Positions 43,137-52,566 of a stretch of 64,000 bases of DNA are shown here, one piece after another. A program made the translations under genes and the position numbers. The notes below the pieces were generated by a model. The model made no database searches. It was not told the origin of the DNA and saw nothing but the letters and a program-made list of their open reading frames with translations. The number at the start of each line of letters is the position of its first letter. The first letter of the stretch is position 1. The stretch comes from Propionibacteriaceae bacterium (GTDB lineage: Bacteria > Actinomycetota > Actinomycetes > Propionibacteriales > Propionibacteriaceae), in assembly GCA_027492675.1 (NCBI GenBank), contig JAPUEI010000039.1, positions 8,370 through 72,369 on the forward strand. The letters are read 5' to 3'.

Positions 43137-43262
43137 GGGTATCGAGATTCCTTCGACCACCTGCTCGTCGCTCAGGCGCTCACCGAAGGCGTCCCGCTGG
43201 TGACGGCCGACGGCGTGCTGAGTCAGGTCCCCGGACTACGGGTGGTCGACCCGTTGCACTGA
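43137..43262 (+). pseudogene. C-terminal remnant (about 40 codons) of a PIN-domain (VapC-like) toxin
   Basis: YRDSFDHLLVAQALTEGVPLVTADGVL matches the conserved C-terminal D-x-FD-x-LL-AQA..L.T.D block of PIN toxins. No PIN N-terminus or antitoxin lies upstream; repeats occupy that space. Confidence 0.55.
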
Positions 43263-43281
43263 GTGCACGTGGTGGCGTGAC

Positions 43282-44148
43282 CTATATCGACGTCAACGGC
43301 AGCTGCACCGTACGTCTGGGCACCTTGCCCTCCGCGGCGAGTTCCGCGTACGACTGGTGGATCGCGCCTCGCACCCACTCCTCGTCCCACGGCCACTCGA
43401 GCTCAGGATGTCCGTACCCCTCGGTCTCGGCGACACCCTGGCTGACGAGCCACTCGCACTGGCCGTAGATCGCGGCCAGACCGGCCCGCTGCCAGGCGAC
43501 GTAGTGGGCGTCGACGAGGTCTCCGTGGCCCGGGACGACGATGGTGTCGTCGCGGCACAGCGTCAGCAGGGCCTCCATCGCGGCCGGCCAGCCCTTGAGT
43601 GACGTGGTCTCGTCCACCTGCGGTGGGGCGCCGTTCTCGACCAGGTCGCCGGCGAACAGCACGCGAGCCCCAGGCACGAGCACGGACAGGTCTCCCGGAG
43701 TGTGCGCGGCGCCGAAGTGGCCGATCTCCACGTACAGACCGCCGAGGTCGCGGGCGCCGATGATCCGCAGCGTCGCCGACGGCAGCGCGATCTGGTCCGG
43801 GTCGAGGCCCTGCGCGACGGCGTCGGCGCGTGCCTGCTCGCTCGTCAACGAGGTCAGCAGCGAGTCGTGCCCGATCGTCTCGAGGTCGCCGAACGCGCCG
43901 AGCCCGTACGCGTGGTCCCAGTGGTGATGCGTCACGAGGACGTGGCGCAGCGGAATGTCGGTGAGCGCGGCGATCGATGCCCGCAGCGCCGCGCCCTGTT
44001 CAGGGCTCGACCCGGTGTCGACGAGCAACGCCGCGTCCGTACCGACCACCAACCCGCAGTTCACGGCCGCCGGCTCGAGCGTCGCGACGTACACGCCCTC
44101 TCGCACGGCGCGCCAGGTGATTGTCCCCTCGTCGGCTTGCATAGGCAC
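43282..44148 (-). CDS. MBL-fold metallo-hydrolase
   Basis: LVTHHHWDHAYG (HxHxDH), GAAHTPGD, VPGHG. Confidence 0.85.
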   Translation of the reverse strand: MPMQADEGTITWRAVREGVYVATLEPAAVNCGLVVGTDAALLVDTGSSPEQGAALRASIAALTDIPLRHVLVTHHHWDHAYGLGAFGDLETIGHDSLLTSLTSEQARADAVAQGLDPDQIALPSATLRIIGARDLGGLYVEIGHFGAAHTPGDLSVLVPGARVLFAGDLVENGAPPQVDETTSLKGWPAAMEALLTLCRDDTIVVPGHGDLVDAHYVAWQRAGLAAIYGQCEWLVSQGVAETEGYGHPELEWPWDEEWVRGAIHQSYAELAAEGKVPRRTVQLPLTSI

Positions 44149-44173
44149 AACCTACCCCGGCCAGCGGGCTAGA

Positions 44174-44200
44174 CTGGCACTCTCAAGTCTTGAGTGCCAG
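44174..44200. promoter_or_regulatory. CIRCE operator (HrcA binding site)
   Basis: CTGGCACTC-N9-GAGTGCCAG is a perfect 9-bp inverted repeat with a 9-nt spacer, 19 nt upstream of the hrcA ATG. The canonical CIRCE is TTAGCACTC-N9-GAGTGCTAA. Confidence 0.9.
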
Positions 44201-44218
44201 TCTGAGGAGGTCCCCCGA

Positions 44219-45226
44219 ATGCTCGACGAACGCAAGCTCGCCGTCCTCCGGGCGATCATCACCGACTATGTCGAGAACTCAGAGCCCGTGGGGTCCAAGG
44301 CCCTCGTGGAGCGCTACCACCTTGACGTGTCGCCCGCGACGATCCGCAACGACATGGCGACGCTGGAGGAGGAGGGGTACCTCACCCAGCCGCACACCTC
44401 GGCCGGCCGTATCCCCACCGACAAGGGCTATCGCCTATTCGTCGACCGCCTCGCGGCCGTGAAGCCGCTGTCGCCTGCCGAGAAGCGTGCGATCTCGACC
44501 TTCCTGGGCGGCGCCGCCGACCTCGACGACGTCGTGTCGCGCACGGTGCGGCTGCTCGCCCAGATCACTCAGCAGGTCGCGATCGTGCAGTACCCCATCG
44601 TGTCGACCGCCGTCATCCGCCACGTGGACGTCGTACGTCTCCATCACGACCGCGCCCTGGTGCTGCTCGTCACCTCGACCGGCCGCATCACCCAGGCGCA
44701 GTTCGACCTTCCGGCGGAATGCCTCGACGAGGAGCTGACTGCGGCGGCTCTGGCCGTGGGCGCCACGGCCCGTGGGCTGACGTCCGCGGAGGCGGTACGG
44801 GCTGTCGCGGGGCTGCTGCGCATGTCGCCGCCCGGTGGTCTGGTGGCCGCCATCGGCGATGCCTTGGTCGCCCTCCTCGCCGCCGACCCCACGACGCGGG
44901 TCGTCGTGGGCGGAGTGCAGAACGTCGCCCGCTTCGGCGACGACTTCCACGCCGCCATGCAGCCCGTGCTCGAAGCCCTCGAGGAGCAGGTCGTGCTGCT
45001 GCGTCTCCTGGGCGACACGCGCGGCGACGTGACCGTACGGATCGGCCACGAGAACGAATACGCGGGGCTTCAGTCGACGTCGGTCGTGGCCAGTGGCTAC
45101 GGGATGCCCGACGACGTCTGGGCCACGCTCGGGGTCGTCGGCCCCACCCGCATGAATTACCCCTCGACGATGGCGTCGGTGAGGGCTGTTGCCCGCTACG
45201 TTGGCCGTTTCCTGGCTGAAGGATGA
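44219..45226 (+). CDS. hrcA: Heat-inducible transcription repressor HrcA
   Basis: [57 protein letters not shown]. Confidence 0.96.
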   Translation: MLDERKLAVLRAIITDYVENSEPVGSKALVERYHLDVSPATIRNDMATLEEEGYLTQPHTSAGRIPTDKGYRLFVDRLAAVKPLSPAEKRAISTFLGGAADLDDVVSRTVRLLAQITQQVAIVQYPIVSTAVIRHVDVVRLHHDRALVLLVTSTGRITQAQFDLPAECLDEELTAAALAVGATARGLTSAEAVRAVAGLLRMSPPGGLVAAIGDALVALLAADPTTRVVVGGVQNVARFGDDFHAAMQPVLEALEEQVVLLRLLGDTRGDVTVRIGHENEYAGLQSTSVVASGYGMPDDVWATLGVVGPTRMNYPSTMASVRAVARYVGRFLAEG

Positions 45227-45230
45227 CCGA

Positions 45231-46403
45231 GTGACCGACTACTACGAGGTGCTGGGCGTCGAGCGCAGCGCCAGTGCAGACGAGATCAAGAAGGCGTACC
45301 GCAAGCTCGCGATGCGCTTCCACCCGGACGTCGCGTCCGAGCCGGATGCCGCCGAGCGCTTCAAGCAGATCGGTGAGGCCTACGAGGTGCTCAGCGACGC
45401 GAACAAGCGCGATCTGTACGACAGGGGCGGCGACCCCATGGGCCGTGGCGGCTCCGGCGGTTTCGGTGGCATGGGCGGGATGGGCGGCTTCGGCGGCTCG
45501 TTCGACTTCACCAACCTCGTGGACGCGATGTTCGGCGGCGGCACGTCACGGGGCCCGCGTTCGCGCGTACAGCGTGGTCAGGACGCGCTCGTACGGCTGC
45601 GGTTGTCGCTCGCCGAGGCCGCGTTCGGCGTGACCTCGCCGCTGCAGGTCGACACCGCGGTGGTGTGCAGCACATGCCACGGGTCGGGCTCGGCCGGTGG
45701 CGAGCCGGTCACGTGCCGTACGTGCGGTGGCCACGGCGACATCACGCAGGTGCAGCGCTCATTCATCGGCGACATCCGTACGTCGCAGCCGTGCCCCACG
45801 TGCCGCGGCTACGGCACCACCATCCCCAACCCCTGTGGCGAGTGCTCGGGTGAGGGCCGTGTCCGGGCGAGCCGCACCATCAATGTGAAGATCCCCGCGG
45901 GCGTCTCGACCGGCAACCGCATCCACCTCGAGGCGCAGGGCGAGGTCGGCCCCGGCGGCGGACCCGCTGGCGATCTGTACGTCGAGCTGGCCGTCACCGA
46001 GCACGAGACGTTCACCCGCAAGGGCGACGACCTCGAGGTCGTGGTGCGCCTGCCGATGACCGCGGCGGCCCTCGGCACCGAGGTGACGCTGGCGACGCTG
46101 GAGGCCGAGCGCGACGACAAGCCGATCGAGGACCAGTCGGTCCTCGTCGAGATCCCGGCGGGCACGCAGTCCGGCACCAGGATCTCGCTGTCGGGCAAGG
46201 GCATCCCGCGCCTCCGCGGGTCGGGCCGCGGCGAGATGGGTGTCACGGTGCTCGTCCAGACCCCGACCAAGATCGACGACGCGCAGCGCGACCTGCTGAG
46301 CCAGCTCGCCGAGCTCCGCAACGAGACGGCACCGCAGGCTCAGCTGCACCATCGCGGGTCGAAGGGCGTCCTCAACTGGCTCAAGGAAGCGTTCACGGGG
46401 TGA
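45231..46403 (+). CDS. dnaJ: Molecular chaperone DnaJ
   Basis: J domain [22 protein letters not shown], a G/F-rich region, and four CxxCxGxG zinc-finger repeats. Confidence 0.96.
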   Translation: MTDYYEVLGVERSASADEIKKAYRKLAMRFHPDVASEPDAAERFKQIGEAYEVLSDANKRDLYDRGGDPMGRGGSGGFGGMGGMGGFGGSFDFTNLVDAMFGGGTSRGPRSRVQRGQDALVRLRLSLAEAAFGVTSPLQVDTAVVCSTCHGSGSAGGEPVTCRTCGGHGDITQVQRSFIGDIRTSQPCPTCRGYGTTIPNPCGECSGEGRVRASRTINVKIPAGVSTGNRIHLEAQGEVGPGGGPAGDLYVELAVTEHETFTRKGDDLEVVVRLPMTAAALGTEVTLATLEAERDDKPIEDQSVLVEIPAGTQSGTRISLSGKGIPRLRGSGRGEMGVTVLVQTPTKIDDAQRDLLSQLAELRNETAPQAQLHHRGSKGVLNWLKEAFTG

Positions 46404-47143
46404 GCGACGGGTTCTTCGTCTCGCCTCTCGGCGAGCAGGTGGCCGTCGGCTCCGTCGTGACGCTGGACGGTCCTGAAGGTCGGCACGCGGCCGTGGTCCG
46501 CAGGATCGGCGTCGGCGAGACCGTCACTGTCACCGACGGGCGGGGCCGAGGGGTCCGGGGTCCCGTCGTCGCTGTGCGCAAGGACGGGCTCGACCTGCAG
46601 GTCGCCGAGCTGCTCACTGCCAGGCCGTCGACCCCGCGGATCGTCGTCGTCCAGGCGCTGCCCAAGAACGAGCGCGCCGAACAGGCCGTGGACCTTCTCA
46701 CCGAGATCGGGGTCGACGAGATCGTGCCCTGGCAGGCGTCACGCTCGATCGTGCGCTGGGTGGGGGAGCGCGGCGACAAGTCACGCGCCAAGTGGCAGGC
46801 GGTCGCCCGCGAGGCGGCCAAACAGTCCCGGCGGCTCACGGTCCCGGAGGTCACGCCGGTCGCGTCCACCGCCGAGGTCGCTACCCGGCTGGCTCAGGCG
46901 CCGGCCGCGTACGTCCTCCACGAGGGCGCCACAGTGCGGGTCACCGAGACCCGTCCGCCCCGTACGGAGCTCGTCATCGTGGTCGGTCCCGAAGGGGGCA
47001 TCTCCCCGGACGAGCTCGCGGCCTTCAGCGCCGCCGGAGCCCACCAGGTGCTCATCGCCGACACCGTGCTGCGTTCGGTCACGGCCGGCGCGGTCGCGGT
47101 CGCGCAGCTCCGCCTGGTGGCCGACCTGTGGCGCGAGGGGTGA
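46400..47143 (+). CDS. rsmE: 16S rRNA (uracil1498-N3)-methyltransferase
   Basis: PUA-like N-terminus, [26 protein letters not shown]. Confidence 0.9.
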   Translation: MSDGFFVSPLGEQVAVGSVVTLDGPEGRHAAVVRRIGVGETVTVTDGRGRGVRGPVVAVRKDGLDLQVAELLTARPSTPRIVVVQALPKNERAEQAVDLLTEIGVDEIVPWQASRSIVRWVGERGDKSRAKWQAVAREAAKQSRRLTVPEVTPVASTAEVATRLAQAPAAYVLHEGATVRVTETRPPRTELVIVVGPEGGISPDELAAFSAAGAHQVLIADTVLRSVTAGAVAVAQLRLVADLWREG

Positions 47144-48354
47144 GCTTCTCGTACGAGGTGGGCGCCCGCATCGACGGCGCCCTCGGCCGTACAGGCGTCA
47201 TCACCACGCCGCACGGCCAGATCCGTACGCCGGCCTTCATCGTCGTCGGCACCAAGGCCACGGTGAAGGCGGTGCTGCCGGAGTCGGTGGCCGACCTCGG
47301 CGCGCAGGCTGTGCTGGCGAACGCGTACCACCTGTTCCTGCAGCCCGGGTCCGACATCGTCGACGCCGCAGGCGGTCTCAGCAGCTTCATGAACTGGCCG
47401 CGCCCGACGTTCACTGACTCGGGCGGCTTCCAGGTGATGAGCCTCGGCGTGGGGTTCAAGAAGGTCCTCGCGATGGACACGACGGTGCCCGACGACGAGG
47501 TGATCGCGGAGGGTTCGACCCGGCTCGCCACAGTCGACGACGACGGGGTGACGTTCACCAGCCATCTCAATGGCGACACGCACCGGTTCACGCCCGAGGT
47601 GAGCATGCGGATCCAGCACGAGCTGGGCTCCGACATCATGTTCGCGTTCGACGAGCTGACCACGCTGATGAACACCCGCGACTACCAGGAACGGTCCGTC
47701 GAGCGCACGCACGCCTGGGCCATCCGGTGCCTCGCCGAGCATCGGCGCCTCACCGAGGAGCGCAGCCACCGTCCGTACCAGGCCTTGTTCGGCGTCGTGC
47801 AGGGCGCGCAGTACGAGGACCTGCGCCGACAGGCCGCATCAGGCCTTGCGGCGCTGGACGTCGACGGCCAGCGGTTCGACGGGTACGGGATCGGCGGTGC
47901 GCTGGAGAAGGAGAACCTCGGCACGATCGTCGGCTGGGTGTCCGAGTCGCTCCCCGAGGACAAGCCGCGCCACCTGCTGGGCATCTCCGAGCCGGAGGAT
48001 CTGTTCGCCGGGGTCGCCGCCGGTGCCGACACGTTCGACTGCGTGAACCCGTCGAGGGTGGGCCGCAACGCCGCCATCTACACGCGTCGTGGGCGCTACA
48101 ACGTGAACACGGCGGCGTACAGGCGGGACTTCACCCCGCTCGAGGACGGCTGCGGCTGCTACACCTGCACCCACTACACGCGGGCCTATCTCCACCACCT
48201 GTTCAAGGCCAAGGAGATGCTCGCCTCGACGCTGGCCACGATCCACAACGAGTGGTTCACCGTGACGCTCGTGGACGCCATCCGCGACAGCATCGAGCAG
48301 GGGCGGTTCACCGAGTTCCGTACGGACTGGCTCGGCGAGTACCAGAGGTCCTGA
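47140..48354 (+). CDS. tgt: tRNA-guanine transglycosylase (queuine/preQ1 tRNA-ribosyltransferase)
   Basis: TPAFIVVGT, NAYHL, FTDSGGFQVMSL, HLLGISEPED, FDCVNPSR and the zinc site CGCYTCTHYTRAYLHHL. The GTG at 47140 overlaps the rsmE stop. Confidence 0.9.
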   Translation: MSFSYEVGARIDGALGRTGVITTPHGQIRTPAFIVVGTKATVKAVLPESVADLGAQAVLANAYHLFLQPGSDIVDAAGGLSSFMNWPRPTFTDSGGFQVMSLGVGFKKVLAMDTTVPDDEVIAEGSTRLATVDDDGVTFTSHLNGDTHRFTPEVSMRIQHELGSDIMFAFDELTTLMNTRDYQERSVERTHAWAIRCLAEHRRLTEERSHRPYQALFGVVQGAQYEDLRRQAASGLAALDVDGQRFDGYGIGGALEKENLGTIVGWVSESLPEDKPRHLLGISEPEDLFAGVAAGADTFDCVNPSRVGRNAAIYTRRGRYNVNTAAYRRDFTPLEDGCGCYTCTHYTRAYLHHLFKAKEMLASTLATIHNEWFTVTLVDAIRDSIEQGRFTEFRTDWLGEYQRS

Positions 48355-48355
48355 C

Positions 48356-49360
48356 TCAGGCGCCGCGGTCCTCGCGGGCCTGGCGGCGCTCGAGGGAGTA
48401 GCGGTCGCGTACGGACTCGTCGTCGAGCGGGGCGTCGGCCGCGAGCCGTACACCGCGCCAGCGCTCGATGTGGAACAGCGGGTTGATGGCCAGCCAGTAC
48501 AGCTTGCGCTTGGCCGAGTACGACGGGTCGCGGGCGATCTTGCGCGCGTCACGCACCACGCCGCCGGCGATCATGCGCGCCACGACCTTCACCGACGGCT
48601 TCTCGACGGGCACGCCGACCTGTCTCAGGCCCAGCGTCTCGTCGAACATCCGGTGCTTGTAGTCGGCCAGCGGGATCTCGTTCGAGTGCAGCACGCATGC
48701 CCTCGGCGCGTACGCCTTGAGGTGTCCCGAGTCGATGACGTCGCGGCCGAAGAGCTGGTCCTCGGCGTACGGCACGTCGCGGTAGTTGTGCTCCAGCAGG
48801 AACGACCGGCGCGCCGCCGAGTTCACGTCGGAGTAGAAGCTGATGAAGTCGTAGCTGCCCTGGTCGGCGACGAAGTCGTCCTTGTAGAACAGCGAGGTGC
48901 CCTGGTCGGGTCCGAAGCCCGCGAACACCATCTGGATCTCGCTCTTGAGCATCGGGATCGCGTCCGCGCGCGGTGCCTGCTTGCCGAGGACAGCCACCAC
49001 CTTGTCGTTGAGCTCGAACGGCTTGAGCAGCTCGTACAGCCAGCGGTCGTTCGCGGGCGTCGCGTCCTGGGTCAGGAAGGCCACGAACTCGCCGGTCGCG
49101 TCCACGGCGGCCTCCGCGCGCGTGCGGCCGTGCGAAAAGTCCTCCTTCGCGATGCTGCGCCAGCGGAAACGCCCCGCGAACTCGGTCTCCAACGACGCGA
49201 GGATCGTGGGCGTGCCGTCGCCTGAGTTCGTGTCGTACACGAGCACGTCGAACGCGTACGGGACCTGCTGGGCGAAGACGGACCGCACCAGCGGCTCGAT
49301 GTACTGGGCGCCCCGGTACGTCGGGATGAAGACCGTCGCCGTGACGTCAGTGCCGCTCAT
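48356..49360 (-). CDS. Glycosyltransferase family 2 (rhamnosyltransferase-like)
   Basis: VFIPTYRGAQYIEPLVRSVFAQ, YDTNSGDGT, FLTQDA. Confidence 0.8.
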   Translation of the reverse strand: MSGTDVTATVFIPTYRGAQYIEPLVRSVFAQQVPYAFDVLVYDTNSGDGTPTILASLETEFAGRFRWRSIAKEDFSHGRTRAEAAVDATGEFVAFLTQDATPANDRWLYELLKPFELNDKVVAVLGKQAPRADAIPMLKSEIQMVFAGFGPDQGTSLFYKDDFVADQGSYDFISFYSDVNSAARRSFLLEHNYRDVPYAEDQLFGRDVIDSGHLKAYAPRACVLHSNEIPLADYKHRMFDETLGLRQVGVPVEKPSVKVVARMIAGGVVRDARKIARDPSYSAKRKLYWLAINPLFHIERWRGVRLAADAPLDDESVRDRYSLERRQAREDRGA

Positions 49361-50300
49361 CGGAGACCCTCTTCAGGTAGTCGTAGGCCCTCTGGATGCC
49401 CTCGGCGAACGGTACGGCGCTGTGGGCGCCGAACTCGGCGGTGTAGCGGCTCATGTCGAGCACGGAGCTCTGCACGAACGTCAGCGGCTGCGGCACCGAC
49501 TGGCGGATGGCCTCGATGCCGGTGACCTCCTCGATCGTCGTGACGATCTGGTTCACCGAGACCGGGATGCCTGACCCCAGGTTGTAGACGTGGTGCCGGG
49601 GCGTCGTGGACAGCGAGTCGGCGATCATCTCCGTGACGTCGGTGACGTAGACGTAGTCGCGGGTCATCGTGCCGTCGCCCATGACGGTGACCGGCTTGTG
49701 GCTCGTGATGGCGTCCAGGAAGATCGGGATCACGCCCTGCCGCTTCCAGAAGGGCTGTCGCTCGCCGAACGGGTTGGCGATCCGGAAGATCGTCGAGTCG
49801 AGCCCGTGCTTGCGCCGGAAGTACCGCAGGTAGTTCTCGACGCACAGCTTCCCGATGCCGTACGGGGAGACGGGGTCGGTCGGATCGGTCTCCTTGATCG
49901 GGTCGTCGCTCGGCGGGTCGCCGTAGACGGTGCCCCCGGACGACGCGTACACCACCCGGGAGACCCCGGCCTCGACGCAGAGCTCGAAGAGCTGGACGGA
50001 GCCTCGGATGTTCGTCTCGATGTCGATCAGCGGATCGTTCTCGGCGGTGGCGGGGTTGGTCGTCGACACGAGGTGGACGACCTGGTCGACGCCACGCAGC
50101 GCGCTCACGAGATCGCCGCGGTTGAGGAAGTCTCCGGTCACGACCTCGATCTGGTCGCTGGGTCGAAACAGTGGCGGGATGTTCGGCACGAACTTGTCGA
50201 CCGCCCGGACGCGGTAGCCGCGATCGACGAGCGAGTCGACCAGGTGCGACCCGATGAAGCCCCCTGCGCCGAGAGCGAGGACGAGGGGAGCGTCAGGCAT
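49347..50300 (-). CDS. NAD-dependent sugar-nucleotide epimerase/dehydratase (SDR family)
   Basis: GAGGFIGSHLVDSL Rossmann motif, SSGGTVYG, SPYGIGK (YxxxK). Confidence 0.88.
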   Translation of the reverse strand: MPDAPLVLALGAGGFIGSHLVDSLVDRGYRVRAVDKFVPNIPPLFRPSDQIEVVTGDFLNRGDLVSALRGVDQVVHLVSTTNPATAENDPLIDIETNIRGSVQLFELCVEAGVSRVVYASSGGTVYGDPPSDDPIKETDPTDPVSPYGIGKLCVENYLRYFRRKHGLDSTIFRIANPFGERQPFWKRQGVIPIFLDAITSHKPVTVMGDGTMTRDYVYVTDVTEMIADSLSTTPRHHVYNLGSGIPVSVNQIVTTIEEVTGIEAIRQSVPQPLTFVQSSVLDMSRYTAEFGAHSAVPFAEGIQRAYDYLKRVSDERH

Positions 50301-51543
50301 GGGCCCGCGCGGTGCCGGTCAGCGCGTCGACGACGGCGACGACCTTGTCCCCGGCCTCGTCCCAGTCGAAGCTCTTCACACTGTCGGAGGCGCTCTTGGC
50401 GTACTCCGGCAGGTCCTGCCGCTCCACGAGCCGGATCATCTCGTCCGCCAGCGACTGCGGAGTCGGCGTGACGTAGTGGATGCACGGGTTGTCGCTGACC
50501 ATGCGGTTGTTCGGGCCGTCGTTGACCACCGGGATCGTGCCAGCACGCAGGAGCTCCAGCGGCAGCAGGGACATGTTCGTCAGCGAGAGGACCAGCGACG
50601 TCGCGCAGCGGTTGTAGAGCGCGGACAGGTCGCGCAGCTTCAGCGACTTGTGGTTGATGTACGGGAAGGGCACGTCCCACGACGACACGTCCCAGCCGGC
50701 CAGGTTGATCTTGTACTCCGGCTTGGCGCGGTGGAACAGCTCCAGCGCCATGATGCCGAGCTCGAAGGCGCGGCGCTCGGTGACCGGACGGGCGTAGAAG
50801 AAGACCTCACGACGCGGCGCGGAGTTGCTGTAGCGGTAGAGCGAGGAGTCGACGCCGAACTCGTACGCGTCGCACGCCATGCCGAACTCGGTCTCGAGCT
50901 TGTGCTTCAGCCAGCCCCCGGCGGTGATGCCGTGGAAACCGAAGCGGTATGTGTTCTCGGCCAGCTGCGACGTCGTGCCCACCGGGTAGAACAGCGGCTC
51001 GTAGTCCTGGACGAAGTAGCACTTCGCGCCGTCGGTCGCGACGTCGAACACGGGGTAGGCGGTCTCCCAACCCGTCGCGAACACGATGTCGGAGTCGACC
51101 ACCTGACCAGCCCACTGGTGAAAGTGGATCCGCTCCGGATTCGAGTAGTGGGAGACGTTCTCCTCGGCCTCCTCGAGCGTCATCGGGTCGTGCACGCTGT
51201 AGAGGTAGACGTGGTTGGTGTAGCCGGCGTCGGCGAGGAAGTCGATGAACCGAAAGATGTTCTGGTGGCCGCCACCGTTGCCAGGGGGAGACATCACCCA
51301 GCTGATCACCTTGGTGTGGCGGGGGTTGCGCTGGCTGCGGTCGTACGGGCGGTTGACGAAGTCGGCCGCGAGCACGTCGGTGCGGTTCACGGGCGGCTCG
51401 AAACGGATCTTGCGACCGAGCGACAGGCCGGACGCGCGTCTGCGCTCGACGTACTCGATGGCCGCGACCATGAACCGGAGGATCCCGTCACGTCGCAGGA
51501 TGCTGACTCCGATCCTGAGGACTCGGACCACACGTCTCACCAT
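50293..51543 (-). CDS. Glycosyltransferase, GT-B fold (WsaF-like, tentative)
   Basis: PPGNGGGHQNIFRFIDFLADAGY N-terminal domain and a C-terminal domain with LSLTNMSLLPLELLRAG. The family assignment is by resemblance only. Start taken as the ATG at 51543. Confidence 0.6.
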   Translation of the reverse strand: MVRRVVRVLRIGVSILRRDGILRFMVAAIEYVERRRASGLSLGRKIRFEPPVNRTDVLAADFVNRPYDRSQRNPRHTKVISWVMSPPGNGGGHQNIFRFIDFLADAGYTNHVYLYSVHDPMTLEEAEENVSHYSNPERIHFHQWAGQVVDSDIVFATGWETAYPVFDVATDGAKCYFVQDYEPLFYPVGTTSQLAENTYRFGFHGITAGGWLKHKLETEFGMACDAYEFGVDSSLYRYSNSAPRREVFFYARPVTERRAFELGIMALELFHRAKPEYKINLAGWDVSSWDVPFPYINHKSLKLRDLSALYNRCATSLVLSLTNMSLLPLELLRAGTIPVVNDGPNNRMVSDNPCIHYVTPTPQSLADEMIRLVERQDLPEYAKSASDSVKSFDWDEAGDKVVAVVDALTGTARAHA

Positions 51544-51690
51544 CGACTGCCCTGTTCTGCTCGGAGGCAAAGCCCGCTCAGTCTATACGGACCGGCCTGC
51601 CGAGGTTCTTCGGCGAGTGTGCGCTAGTCTGGCCGCCGCAGACTGCGGCTGAAGGAGGGCGAGCGTGCAATCGGCATCGACCCTTGTCGG

Positions 51691-52566
51691 GTGGCAACTG
51701 TGACCATTTCGTCAGTACGGGAGCGTCTCAGCGCGCGAGTCCTGCGCAACCCGACGGTCAACCTCATCGCGAACCTCACGATGCGCGACGTCACGTCGCA
51801 GTACAAGCGGACCATGCTCGGACGGGTGTGGTCGCTGATCAATCCGCTCGCGACCATCGCGACCTTCTCGGTGATCTTCGGCTTGTTCTTCGGCCAGCGG
51901 ATCGTGCCCGGCGCGAACTCCGGGCTGACCAACTACGCGCTGTTCGTGGCGTGCGGCATCATCCCGTGGGGGTTCATCTCCACCGGCATCCTCACTGGCA
52001 TGGGCGCGCTCACAGACAACGCGGGACTGCTCGCGAAGGTCTACTTCCCGCGGCACGCTCTCGTGGTCTCCACGGTTCTCAGCCTCACCTGGACGTTCCT
52101 CACCGAGCTCACGATGCTCACGATCATCATGGCCATCGCCGGTGGCCCTCGGGTGTTGCTGTACATCCCCGTGGTCCTCGTGGTGGTGGTGATCAACGCC
52201 GTGTTCGTCCTGGGTATCGGCATGGTCCTCAGCGTGCTCGTCGTGTACTTCCGTGACGTCCGGCACATCTGGGCGCTCTTCACGCAGATCTGGTTCTACG
52301 CGTCCGGGATCGTGTTCACCATCGACGTGGTGCGAGCCGGCGCGAAGACCATCGCCGAGCACGGGTACGGCTGGATCCCGCTGCTCGGGGTGTTCGAGGC
52401 GAACCCGGCGTACCAGTTCATCAGCGCGTATCGGGCGCTCCTGTTCGACTTCACCTTCCCGAGCCCCGGGACCTGGCTGAACATCATCGTGTCCGCCCTG
52501 GTCGCGCTGGGGATCGGCATCCTGGTGTTCAACAAGTACCAGGCACAGATCGTCGAGGAGCTGTGA
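51691..52566 (+). CDS. ABC-2 type polysaccharide/teichoic-acid export permease (Wzm/TagG-like)
   Basis: RDVTSQYKRTMLGRVWSLINPL, FPRHALV, FRDVRHIW, six TM segments. Confidence 0.88.
   Translation: MATVTISSVRERLSARVLRNPTVNLIANLTMRDVTSQYKRTMLGRVWSLINPLATIATFSVIFGLFFGQRIVPGANSGLTNYALFVACGIIPWGFISTGILTGMGALTDNAGLLAKVYFPRHALVVSTVLSLTWTFLTELTMLTIIMAIAGGPRVLLYIPVVLVVVVINAVFVLGIGMVLSVLVVYFRDVRHIWALFTQIWFYASGIVFTIDVVRAGAKTIAEHGYGWIPLLGVFEANPAYQFISAYRALLFDFTFPSPGTWLNIIVSALVALGIGILVFNKYQAQIVEEL

Noticed and set aside
47140-48354. tgt as a DpdA-type DNA 7-deazaguanine transglycosylase (Dpd defence system), or as functionally linked to the adjacent glycosyltransferases for glycosylated queuosine
   Set aside because: No dpdB-K-like helicase or ATPase genes are nearby, and the protein has the canonical tRNA-TGT motifs. 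The neighbouring GT genes are convergently oriented and belong with a Wzm/Wzt export cluster, so a link to Q glycosylation is pure speculation.
51544-51690. 15-nt palindrome GCCGCAGACTGCGGC in the divergent GT / ABC-2 permease intergenic region as an operator
   Set aside because: It is a single short GC-rich palindrome with no second copy or associated regulator. That is likely to arise by chance in GC-rich DNA.
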